Assembly: GCA_027314025.1 (NCBI GenBank)
Contig: DAHVCP010000050.1
Span: forward strand, 5,753-69,752
Source of the DNA: Acidobacteriota bacterium
Lineage (GTDB): Bacteria; Acidobacteriota; Terriglobia; Terriglobales; SCQP01
DNA: 64,000 nucleotides
Direction: 5' to 3'
The notes below the pieces were generated by a model. That model saw nothing but the letters and a program-made list of their open reading frames with translations. It did not search any database and was not told the origin of the DNA. A program made the position numbers and the translations under genes. Of this stretch, positions 55,446-63,965 are shown piece after piece. Every line of letters begins with the position of its first letter. Position 1 is the first letter of the stretch.

Positions 55446-57896
55446 ATGGCTTCCGACCTGCGTTACGCGCTGCGACTGCTGCGGCAGGCGCCGGGCTTTG
55501 CCGCCATCGCCATCCTGGCGCTGGCGCTGGGCATTGGCGCCAACACGGCCATGTTCACCGTGGTGGACGCGGTGCTGATGCGGCCCTTGCCCTATCCCCA
55601 CGCGGACCGCATCGTGCAGGTGCGGAAAAGCTACCACGGCGGTGGCAGCCAGACCAGCACCTCGGTGCCCAACTATTTGGACGAGCACCGCTCGCCGGCC
55701 TTCGCCTACACTGCCGCTTACGATCCGCTGGCTACCGGCTTTAGCCTGCTGGGCCAGGGGCTGCCCGAGCGTTTCGCCGGCCTGCATGTGACGGCGGATT
55801 TTTTCCGCGTTTTGGGCGTCCAGCCGGTGCTGGGCCGGGACTTCGCCCCGAAGGAAGACCAGCCCGGGCATGCGCCGGTGGCGATCCTCAGCCATGGCCT
55901 GTGGAAGACGAAGTTCGGCGGCCGGGCGGACGTCATCGGCCAGGCGGTCACCTTCAATAACAAGGCCTACACCGTCATCGGCGTGCTGCCCAAGAGCTTT
56001 CGTTTTTCCCCCCGCGCCGATGTCTTAACGCAGCTGGACTTGCAGCATTCGCTGACCTACACCGACCGCCAGGCGAACATCTACAATGTCATCGCCCGCC
56101 TGGCGCCGGGGCTCAGCCTGGCGCAGGCGCAGGCGCGGACCAATCTGCTGGCCAACCAGCTCTCCAGCCGATTCTCCGCCGACAAAAACAGCGGCATTTT
56201 GCTGCGCCCGCTGCGGCGGGAGTTGTCCGGCCCGGTGCGCCCGGCGCTGCTGATCCTGCTGGGCGCGGTGGGCTTGGTGCTGCTGATCGCCTGCGCCAAT
56301 GTCGCCAACCTGCTGCTGGCGCGGGCGGCGGGACGGCATCAGGAACTGGCGCTGCGCACGGCGTTGGGCGCCGCCCCGGGGCGCATTGCGCGGCAACTGT
56401 TGACGGAGAGCCTGCTGCTGGCGTTTTTGGGCGGAGCGGCGGGGCTGCTGTTCGCCTATTGGGCGGTGCCGGCGCTGGTGGCGCTCAGCCCGGCCAGCCT
56501 GCCCCGCGTCACCGCCATCGGCATCAGCCCGGCGGTGCTGCTGTTCACGCTGGGCTTGTGCTTGGCCACGGGGTTGATTTTCGGCGTGGCCCCGGCGTGG
56601 CAGGCGTCGCGGCCCGACGTCAACGCGGTGCTGAAGGAAGGCGGCACGCGCGCCAGCGGGGGCCGCGGCCGGCGGCGGCTGCGCGCGGCGCTGGTGGTCA
56701 GCGAAATCGCCTTCGCCCTGGTGCTGCTGAGCGCGGCGGGCTTGCTGATCACCAGTTGGATGCGGCTGGAGGGCGTGGCGCCGGGCTTTCAGCCCGACAA
56801 CGTCCTGACCATGCGCCTGGCCATGGCGCCCAGCCGTTACAACAGCGCGCTGGCCGTGGCGAATCTCGATAGCGAACTCCTGCCGCGTTTGCAACGGCTG
56901 CCGGGCGTGCGCGCGGCGGCGCTTTCGGACGATTTGCCGTTGCAGGGCTGCCCGGATCTGCCCTATGAAATCATGGGCCGCCCGGCGCCGCCGCGGAACA
57001 ATTTCCCTGACGGCTATTACCACGTCGTCGCCGGCCACATCTTCGCCGCCCTGGGCATTCCTCTGCTGCGCGGCCGCACGTTCACCGCCGCCGACAACGC
57101 GCATTCCCAGCGCGTGGTCATCATCAACGAGGCGGCGGCGCAACGCTGGTGGCCGCACCAGGATCCGGTGGGCCAGGCCATCTGGATCGGCAAGCCGATC
57201 ATGGGCCCGGCGCTGACCGATCCCGGCCCGCGCACCATCGTCGGCGTGGTGGGCAATCTGCATCAGGGCTCGCTCGGCGACCGGCACATCCGCGACGCGC
57301 TCTACGTGCCCGAGTCGCAGGTGCCGGACGCGCTGATGGCGGAGTTCGTCAAGCTGCTGCCGCCGGCGGTGGTGCTGCGCACGGCGGGCGATCCCGCCGC
57401 CGTCACCGCGGCGGCGGAGCGCCAGGTTTGGGCGGTGGACCGCTCCATCCCCATCTACCAAGCCCGCACGCTCAACCAGATCATCGCCCGCTCCAACGCG
57501 CCGCAGCGCTTCAACGCCCTGCTGCTCGGCATCTTCGCCTTGCTCGCGCTGGCGCTGGCGGCGGTGGGCATCTACGGCGTCATGGCCTATTCGGTGGCGC
57601 AGCGCCAGCGGGAGATCGGCATCCGCATGGCCCTGGGCGCGGAGCGCGGCCGCGTGCTGCGGCTCATCCTGGGCGACGGCCTTAGGCTGGCGGTGCTGGG
57701 CGTGGTCATCGGCTGGGCTGCGGGCCTGGCCCTCACCCGCCTGCTCGCCAGCTTATTGTTCGGCGTCAAAAGCTGGAACCCGGTCATCTTCATCGCCACC
57801 GCCGTCGCCCTGACCGCCGTGGCCGCGCTGGCCAGCGTCATTCCCGCCCGCCGCGCCGCCGGCGTGGACCCCATCCAAGCCCTGCGCAACGAATAG
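55446..57896 (+). CDS. ADOP-type duplicated MacB/FtsX-like ABC transporter permease
   Basis: The N-terminus MASDLRYALRLLRQAPGFAAIAILALALGIGANTAMFTVVDAVLMRPLPYP is the hallmark of the acidobacterial duplicated orphan permease family. Two FtsX modules. No ATPase gene is adjacent. Confidence 0.85.
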   Translation: MASDLRYALRLLRQAPGFAAIAILALALGIGANTAMFTVVDAVLMRPLPYPHADRIVQVRKSYHGGGSQTSTSVPNYLDEHRSPAFAYTAAYDPLATGFSLLGQGLPERFAGLHVTADFFRVLGVQPVLGRDFAPKEDQPGHAPVAILSHGLWKTKFGGRADVIGQAVTFNNKAYTVIGVLPKSFRFSPRADVLTQLDLQHSLTYTDRQANIYNVIARLAPGLSLAQAQARTNLLANQLSSRFSADKNSGILLRPLRRELSGPVRPALLILLGAVGLVLLIACANVANLLLARAAGRHQELALRTALGAAPGRIARQLLTESLLLAFLGGAAGLLFAYWAVPALVALSPASLPRVTAIGISPAVLLFTLGLCLATGLIFGVAPAWQASRPDVNAVLKEGGTRASGGRGRRRLRAALVVSEIAFALVLLSAAGLLITSWMRLEGVAPGFQPDNVLTMRLAMAPSRYNSALAVANLDSELLPRLQRLPGVRAAALSDDLPLQGCPDLPYEIMGRPAPPRNNFPDGYYHVVAGHIFAALGIPLLRGRTFTAADNAHSQRVVIINEAAAQRWWPHQDPVGQAIWIGKPIMGPALTDPGPRTIVGVVGNLHQGSLGDRHIRDALYVPESQVPDALMAEFVKLLPPAVVLRTAGDPAAVTAAAERQVWAVDRSIPIYQARTLNQIIARSNAPQRFNALLLGIFALLALALAAVGIYGVMAYSVAQRQREIGIRMALGAERGRVLRLILGDGLRLAVLGVVIGWAAGLALTRLLASLLFGVKSWNPVIFIATAVALTAVAALASVIPARRAAGVDPIQALRNE

Positions 57897-58306
57897 CCGC
57901 AATCGCGCTCGGGCTTGATTGCGTCTCGCCAGCGGCGCGCCGTTCGCCCGGTGGGGACGAGCCGTCCGCGCCCCCGGGAAAGCGTTAATTTCCCGGCGCG
58001 GGTCGAGCCTTCCGCCGCAGGCGGAGAATAAATCTGCGGCGCCAACCCCGGCTTACGGCGCAGCGAAGGTGGAATAGCCGCCTCGGCTGGCGGACCGATG
58101 TTCCTCCGGCAAGGCCGACCGCAGCTCGCTGGGCGCCCGCATTCCCCGCCAATGCCGCCGCGGCTGACACGGGGGCGCGGGCCGCCGGTCCGTCCGTGGG
58201 GCGGCCCCCGGGGCTCGGCCCGGGGCAGCCGACGCCCGGAGGGACGAGGGCACGAGGGGCCCGCGGCCTTGAGGTCGCGGCCCTTTTTGGGGTAGCGTCT
58301 GGTGGG

Positions 58307-58744
58307 ATGAGCCCGAGCGTTGCCCGCCTGACCCTGTTCGCGCTGATCTCCGCGGTCGAGGAGGACCTGCGGCGGCTAATGCTGCTGCACCTAGGGCACC
58401 TGGACCCTCCGCGCGTGCTGCCACCCGAAATTCTCCGAAACGCGGCTGACCGCCTCGCGGGGGAGGGGGCCCGCGGGCACGCGCCGCCCAGCCTCCGCGA
58501 GCTGGCACCCTACCTTGACTTCGCGGATGCCTACAAGGTCCTGAACGCGTCTGGCGCCCACCTCCCCGCGCCCCTGTCCGCGCACCTGAGATCGCTGACC
58601 GAGTCCCTGGACGCGATCGCGCCCGTCCGCAACCGTGTGATGCACGGCCGCCCGCTCGAGGGCCGACCTTTGCGAGGGCCTTGCCGACAGCAGGGAACCG
58701 CGCTGGGATTCCGTTGGCGCTGCGCTGGGCCGGCTCAGGGCTGA
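58307..58744 (+). CDS. Fragment 1: Swt1-like HEPN domain
   Basis: ..LDAIAPVRNRVMHGRPLE carries the Rx4H HEPN motif. After ~58660 this frame becomes Arg/Gly/Pro-rich and meaningless, while frame 0 continues sensibly (ADLCEGLADSREPRWDSVGAALGRLRADPSYVLGL..). Confidence 0.7.
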   Translation: MSPSVARLTLFALISAVEEDLRRLMLLHLGHLDPPRVLPPEILRNAADRLAGEGARGHAPPSLRELAPYLDFADAYKVLNASGAHLPAPLSAHLRSLTESLDAIAPVRNRVMHGRPLEGRPLRGPCRQQGTALGFRWRCAGPAQG

Positions 58745-59789
58745 CCCCAGCTACGTGCTCGGGCTTACCATACCGGACGGGCGTGCGGAAAAGGGCGGCG
58801 ACCGGCACAACCTGCCGCAGCCGGACTTCGACGAAACCGGGTTCGTTGGCCGGAGGGAGGAGGCGCGTGCGGTCCTGAGCCAATGTCTGGGTACCTACCC
58901 GGTGGTTACAGTTCTCGGCGAAGGCGGGCTCGGGAAGACGGCACTGGCGCTGAAGGTAGCCTACGAACTGCTGGACCAGTCCGAGCAGAGGTTCGAGTCG
59001 ATCATCTGGGCCACCTCGAAGAGCAGCCAACTCACTGGCTCCGAGGTGGTCACGATCCGCGACTCGATCAAAACATCGCTCGGGCTGTTCGGCGAGGTCG
59101 CAGCCAGGCTTGCGGGCGCGAGGTTCGAGGACGCCGTGAACGAGGTGCTCGAGTACATGGAGGAGTTCCGGGTTCTCGTCGTTTTGGACAACCTCGAGAC
59201 GGTCGTCGACGAGCGGGTGAGGTCCTTCCTAGGGCGGCTTCCTGCCGGCGGCAAGGTTCTGATAACCTCGCGGGTCGGCCTGGGCGCCTTCGAGTACCCG
59301 TACAGGCTCAGGCCGATGGACGGGCGCGAGGCAGCGCAATTGCTGCGAGCAACCGCTGAGGCGAGGGGGATCGCCGACCTGTCGGGGGCCTCGTCGGAGC
59401 GTCTCCTGGGCTACTGCCGCCGCATGCACGACAACCCCGGATTCATAAAATGGTTCGTCTCCGCCGTCCAGGCTGGGAGGCGCCCGGAAGAGGTGTTGAG
59501 CAACCCGGCTACCTTCCTCAATTTTTGCATGCAAAACGTCTACGAGTACATCTCCGGCGAGGGGAGGGCGATTCTCAGGGCCATGCTGGCTGCGCCCGGC
59601 TACCAGAGCCAGGCCGGACTCTGCTTCCTCACCGAGCTCGGGGTCGACGACTTGCAGCGCGGGCTCCAGCAACTGCTCACGACCAATATGGCGGTAATGT
59701 CCGTGCAGGCGGGGGCCGCTGCCCACGAGACGCTCTACTCCCTCGCCGAGCTGCCGAGGGCCTACGTGACAAGGCACCATCCCCCTTAG
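58641..59789 (+). CDS. Fragment 2: NB-ARC/STAND P-loop NTPase module
   Basis: FVGRREE..VVTVLGEGGLGKTALA (Walker A), FRVLVVLDNLE (Walker B), VLITSR. Open in frame 0 from 58641. Confidence 0.75.
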   Translation, partial: CTAARSRADLCEGLADSREPRWDSVGAALGRLRADPSYVLGLTIPDGRAEKGGDRHNLPQPDFDETGFVGRREEARAVLSQCLGTYPVVTVLGEGGLGKTALALKVAYELLDQSEQRFESIIWATSKSSQLTGSEVVTIRDSIKTSLGLFGEVAARLAGARFEDAVNEVLEYMEEFRVLVVLDNLETVVDERVRSFLGRLPAGGKVLITSRVGLGAFEYPYRLRPMDGREAAQLLRATAEARGIADLSGASSERLLGYCRRMHDNPGFIKWFVSAVQAGRRPEEVLSNPATFLNFCMQNVYEYISGEGRAILRAMLAAPGYQSQAGLCFLTELGVDDLQRGLQQLLTTNMAVMSVQAGAAAHETLYSLAELPRAYVTRHHPP

Positions 59790-60849
59790 CCGCGCGGACC
59801 ACGCAAGGCTAACGAAGCGCTGGAGGCAGCTCGTCGCTGCGGCCGAGCAGGTGTCGGCGCCCGGCGAGTCCCGCAGGTACGCCTTGCAAAGTATCGCCGT
59901 CCGCTCCCGGGGCGACAGGCTGATCGCGCGGTACCTCATGGACGCCCTCGACTGCATCCGCTGCGGCCGCCTCGATGAGGCCGACCGCCACATCGGGAGG
60001 GCGCGCGAGCTCGCGCCAGGGTTTTTCGAGGTGCGCAGGATCGAGGCCCTGCTAAGGGTCGAGGAGGCGAATTACGTGGCGGCACGGGATTGCTACGAAG
60101 CTGCGCTCGACCTCGAGCCCAGGCACGCTCCGCTCCGGCTATTTTTCGCAAAGTTCCTGCTCCGACACCTGAGCGACGAGGATGGCGCTCTCGGTCAGCT
60201 GCGCGAGGCGCTCAAGCTGGACCCCGGCGCGACCGAGCTCCTGCTTGAGGCCGCGCGGGTAAATCTCTACCTCTCAAATTTCGAGGAGGCGAGGAGGGCG
60301 CTGGACGGCCTGATGGAGCGGGAGAACGCCGCCACCCCGTGGGAGCGGCGGAAGCTTCTCGATCTAGACCTCCAATACCACTCGCGGCTGGCCGAGCGGG
60401 AGTTGGCGGAGCACGACGCCGCCGGCGCCCTCACGCACCTCAAGCGCTTGCGTGCCTCTTACGAGCGGATCCCCGAGGCCTCGAGGGACGAAAAGACGGC
60501 CAAAACGGTCTCAAAAGTCCTGCCCACGGCCGCGTCCTGCCACTCCCGGCTTGAAGGGACCCTTCGCGCCGCAGCGCTCGAGTTTTGGGAGTGGCTCGCG
60601 GAAACAGCCGGCCGCCCCCGTCTCCCGGCATCGGAAGGGACTTTATCCGGGACCGTTGTGAGGCTGCTGGGGAGCTACGGTTTCCTTACGACCGACGACG
60701 GGGCTGAGCTTTACTTTGCTGCGCCGCTGGACCGCCCCGTCGAGGTCGGGGACCGCGTGACCTTCGCGCTCGGGAGCAACTCCGTCGGCCCGTGCGCGCA
60801 GAACGTCCAGCGCTCCGTGCAGGGGATGCCGCGCAGTCCGCAAACCTAA
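59770..60849 (+). CDS. Fragment 3: TPR array + cold-shock-like OB domain
   Basis: TPR-like helices (..ARDCYEAALDLEPRHAPLRLFFAKFLL..). The C-terminal GTVVRLLGSYGFLTTDDGAELYFAAP..VEVGDRVTFAL..GPCAQNV parallels CspA (GxVKWF..GFGFI.PDDG..DVFVH...G..V.F....GP.A.NV). Open in frame 1 from 59770. Confidence 0.7.
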   Translation, partial: QGTIPLSRADHARLTKRWRQLVAAAEQVSAPGESRRYALQSIAVRSRGDRLIARYLMDALDCIRCGRLDEADRHIGRARELAPGFFEVRRIEALLRVEEANYVAARDCYEAALDLEPRHAPLRLFFAKFLLRHLSDEDGALGQLREALKLDPGATELLLEAARVNLYLSNFEEARRALDGLMERENAATPWERRKLLDLDLQYHSRLAERELAEHDAAGALTHLKRLRASYERIPEASRDEKTAKTVSKVLPTAASCHSRLEGTLRAAALEFWEWLAETAGRPRLPASEGTLSGTVVRLLGSYGFLTTDDGAELYFAAPLDRPVEVGDRVTFALGSNSVGPCAQNVQRSVQGMPRSPQT

Positions 60850-60944
60850 ACCTTGGGCGGGGTTCAACCGCCGCGGCGTGGCCGTGCCCGTCCGGGGCCC
60901 TGGCGATAGAATGATTGTCATAACCGCTCGCTGGGGCACCCGCC

Positions 60945-61598
60945 ATGCGCACTGCCGAATTCGCCGCTTCTCCCGCCGCCGCCCGGCTCAGCCTGCGGCT
61001 TCCGGTGCCGGAAGAGGGCGCGCTACGGCTGCCGGCTGAGTTGCTCCCGTCCAGCGACCAGGAACTGCTCGCCCTGTGCGCCGAGAATCCCGGCTTGCGG
61101 ATTGAACGGGAAGCTGGTGGAGAATGGATCGTGATGCCGCCCACCGGTGGTTACTCGGGCCATTGGGGAATTCGCGTCGCCGCACAGTTGCAGAATTGGG
61201 CCGACCGCGACGGCTCCGGCGTCGCCTTCGATTCCAGCACCGGCTTCCGCCTCCCAGGCGGTCTCGCCCTGCGCGCCCCCGACGCCGCCTGGGTGCGCCG
61301 CGACCGCCTCATGGCCCTCAGCGAGCGCGAGCGCCGCGGCTTTTTGCCGCTCTGCCCAGACTTTCTGATCGAGATCGCCTCGCCCAGCGACCGCCGCGCC
61401 GACCTCGATGCCAAGATGGCCGAGTACCGCGCCTCCGGCCTGCGGCTCGGCTGGCTGATCCTCCCCGATTCCCGCAGCGTCGAAATCTGGACCCCCACGG
61501 AGACGACGGTCCTGGCGGCGCCCGCTACGATCTCCGCCGACCCGCTGTTGTCCGGCTTCGTGCTCGACCTCGCCGCCATCTGGCAGCCGCCATTCTAG
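60945..61598 (+). CDS. Uma2-family (DUF820) PD-(D/E)xK endonuclease
   Basis: ..RIEREAGGEWIVMPPTG..H.....A.L..W......G.AFDSSTGFRLP.....APDAAWV..PDFLIEIASPSD.....KM.EY...G...GWLI.P. matches the Uma2 layout. Confidence 0.8.
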   Translation: MRTAEFAASPAAARLSLRLPVPEEGALRLPAELLPSSDQELLALCAENPGLRIEREAGGEWIVMPPTGGYSGHWGIRVAAQLQNWADRDGSGVAFDSSTGFRLPGGLALRAPDAAWVRRDRLMALSERERRGFLPLCPDFLIEIASPSDRRADLDAKMAEYRASGLRLGWLILPDSRSVEIWTPTETTVLAAPATISADPLLSGFVLDLAAIWQPPF

Positions 61599-62449
61599 GC
61601 CCCTCGCCTCGCGCCACTCGGCGCCGTGGCGGACGCAGCCCGCGCAGGGCCCGGCCGGACCCGCGCCAAGCAAAAATCCAACGCTGGGCTCAAGCGCGCC
61701 GCCGCGCGACGGCGGGTGGTGTGCTCCGGCCGTGGGCTTTGTGCTGTGGCGCCTGACGCAGAGGCAAGAACACGGTTGGGGACGCCGCACCCACCGCGGC
61801 CGGCCGCCATTGCCCATCTTGCGGCGGAGACGCCGCGAGGAAATGGGTAGTGATGTGCCGCAAGATGAAACGGATCGCATGGTCGCTCTGCGGGCAGGGA
61901 CAGCACTGGAGATGGTAGACGGCCCGGTACAAGATCCGCTGGCCCCGGGCGTAAGGCCCCAACCGGCGCTGGCCGTTGGGTGCGAGGCGAAGGGTAGGAG
62001 TAGCAGTCCGTTCGCACATGCTTGCACCTTCTTGCATGCCGAGAGCCACACGCGTCCGCAGTTGTCGTGCTGCGCGTAGCGCGGCAACCGGGAGAGCCCG
62101 GTGCGCGCGGGCCGGAGGTGGGAAGTCCGCCCAAGCCCCAGCGCGCGGGGCGCGCAACCATGGCTCCGCCAGGCGCGGCGTCGGACCATGGGCGGCGGAG
62201 CCACAGCATCCAGAACGAGGGAACGCAGTCAGCCACGGGCAGGGCGCAAGCGCGCAATGCTCCGTGGGGGTCTCTGCCCAAACCATGGGTGCTCTGCCCA
62301 AGCAGATCGTGGCAGGAGCCGTTGGTTTCCCTTCGCCGACGCCGCGTGTTTTTCCCGCGATGCGTTTCTCGGCGGCGTCACCGAATGGTGGGCCAATCCG
62401 CCGCGAGGTCGGCGAACTCAGGCGATGGCGCGGCGAGCGGCGCCGCCGG

Positions 62450-63760
62450 CTAGGAGCCGGGCGGCGGTGTTGGCCGGCTCGCGTTGGCTGCCGCGGCGGC
62501 GTCCAGCCGCAGCCCGGCGAAAAACGCCCGCTCAGCGGCGAGGGCTTGCGTGCGGACCGAGATGGCGGTGTCCAGCAGCACGAAGCCATACAAGGTGGGA
62601 GCCATGCGGTCCAGGTGCGGCGCCAGACGAAAATATTGCACCTTGGGCGACTTGCCTCGCGGCGGCATCCGCGGCGTTTCGAAGGCCAGGCCGGGGTATT
62701 TTGGCCTCCGCCAGGCGAAGACCGTGATCAAGCCATCGCCGCCCCCTTCCGGCTGGTAATAGCCCGGCTGCGACTCGGCATAGCCGCGGCAGCGGGCGAC
62801 GGGACACGCCGGTGGAGTGACCGCGGCTAGGCGCACGCCGCCGGTGCGAATCCGGGCGAATTGGTCCAGCGATTCACCGGGATGCGACGGCTGCACCATC
62901 AAGAGCAAATGCGGCGTGACCTCGGCCGTGCGTCCGCGGAACGGGCCCAGCGCGACGGCGACGGCGCAGGTGTCGTTGTGCAGCGGGTAAAACACCCACT
63001 TCCATTGTCTGCCGATGGGAAGCGCAAGTCCGCAGGCGTCGCTGGAATAGAGCATTCCGGCGGCGGTTCGCTCCGCGCTCCAGACCTTGGCGGGCGCGTA
63101 ATCGCGGCCGGCAACGGCGCGCCGCGTCAGGGTCCGCGCTTGGCGCAACACCGCCCGGTCGCCGGCATTGGGCGCCGCGTGCTCGCGGCTCAGGCGTCGC
63201 TCGGCGTAGAGCGCGTGCTCCGGCATGCCGGCGAACATGGCGCACTCTGCATAGGCGCGCCAGAAGCTTGGGGCAAGGCGGCGCGACGGGAACCGGTGCT
63301 CCACCTGGAGCAACAGGGTCATGCCTTGGGCGCTGCCGTTGCCGGTGCCGCAGAAAAAGGCCCCCAGCAGCCAGGGCGGGCGGGGATCGGCGGGCGCCAG
63401 GCGCGCGGCGGCGCGCAGATCGGCGACGGCGGCGGCGTAGGAGTTCGGCACGTCCAGGTTGTATGCGAAGGTGGCGGCGATGCCGGCGGCCAGCGCCGCT
63501 TCCTCGTTCCGCGGGGCGTGGGCGGCCGCCGTCTGGAGCGTTTTGCGGTCGCGCCGCAGCGCGGCGGCGGCTTGGGCGCGGAGCGGCGCCGAGCCCCGCG
63601 GAGGCCAAACGGCGACGATGGGCTCGATGCGGGCGAGGTCTTGCACGGCGGCCGCCGCCTGGGGTGGCAGCCGGCTGCGGTGCAGGACGGCGGTCTGCGC
63701 CGGCAGCGGCACGGCGAGCGCCAGGACGGCCAGCAGCCGCAGGCGGCATTGCAGCTTCAT
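62450..63760 (-). CDS. Hypothetical secreted protein
   Basis: Signal peptide MKLQCRLRLLAVLALAVPLPAQT. 436 aa of coding-like composition. No family recognised. Confidence 0.6.
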   Translation of the reverse strand: MKLQCRLRLLAVLALAVPLPAQTAVLHRSRLPPQAAAAVQDLARIEPIVAVWPPRGSAPLRAQAAAALRRDRKTLQTAAAHAPRNEEAALAAGIAATFAYNLDVPNSYAAAVADLRAAARLAPADPRPPWLLGAFFCGTGNGSAQGMTLLLQVEHRFPSRRLAPSFWRAYAECAMFAGMPEHALYAERRLSREHAAPNAGDRAVLRQARTLTRRAVAGRDYAPAKVWSAERTAAGMLYSSDACGLALPIGRQWKWVFYPLHNDTCAVAVALGPFRGRTAEVTPHLLLMVQPSHPGESLDQFARIRTGGVRLAAVTPPACPVARCRGYAESQPGYYQPEGGGDGLITVFAWRRPKYPGLAFETPRMPPRGKSPKVQYFRLAPHLDRMAPTLYGFVLLDTAISVRTQALAAERAFFAGLRLDAAAAANASRPTPPPGS

Positions 63761-63922
63761 GGCCGGCAGTGTAGCAGCGTGCCGGGCGCCGCACCGGTCC
63801 CGAGATGGGTTCCTCCGCTCGCAGCCCGGAAGGTGCGCGCGGTCGGCGGCCGCCCGGCGCGCAACGTGGGCAATGCCTCCGGCTTGCGTGCGGTCGCGCT
63901 CGGCGCGGCCAGGGCCGGCTGC

Positions 63923-63965
63923 GTGGAATGGGCTTCAGCCCGTGTGCCGCGGGCATCAGCCCGCA
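63923..63965 (+). repeat. Short dispersed repeat, family 2
   Basis: GTGGAATGGGCTTCAGCCCGTGTGCCGCGGGCATCAGCCCGC, near-identical to 2027-2070. Confidence 0.75.

Larger units (their letters stand above)
58307..60849 (+). pseudogene. STAND NTPase: Swt1-like HEPN + NB-ARC P-loop + TPR + C-terminal cold-shock/OB domain, interrupted by two +1 frameshifts
   Basis: Three consecutive ORFs in frames 2, 0 and 1 read through as one protein if one base is removed from GGG (58660-62) and one from CCCCC (59781-85). Confidence 0.75.

Noticed and set aside
56025-57461. 478-aa minus-strand ORF
   Set aside because: It is antisense to the ADOP permease. It is dominated by Arg/Gln/Ala/Gly and has no motifs.
58256-58290. 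Imperfect hairpin plus T5 (GGGCCCGCGGCC-TTGA-GGTCGCGGCCC-TTTTT) just upstream of the STAND gene start
   Set aside because: It looks terminator-like, but it lies ~360 bp after the nearest upstream same-strand gene and the stem is bulged. It could equally be a leader element, so it was not called.
61023-62589. Long minus-strand ORFs of 393, 228 and 299 aa downstream of Uma2
   Set aside because: They are mutually overlapping and partly antisense to the Uma2 gene, with Arg/Pro/Ala/Gly-dominated composition. Only the lower-GC core was retained, as a low-interest finding.
62874-63956. 360-aa minus-strand ORF in an alternative frame of the 436-aa secreted protein gene
   Set aside because: It is extremely Arg/Ala/Pro-rich. 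The 62450-63760 frame has a signal peptide and balanced composition, so it is preferred.
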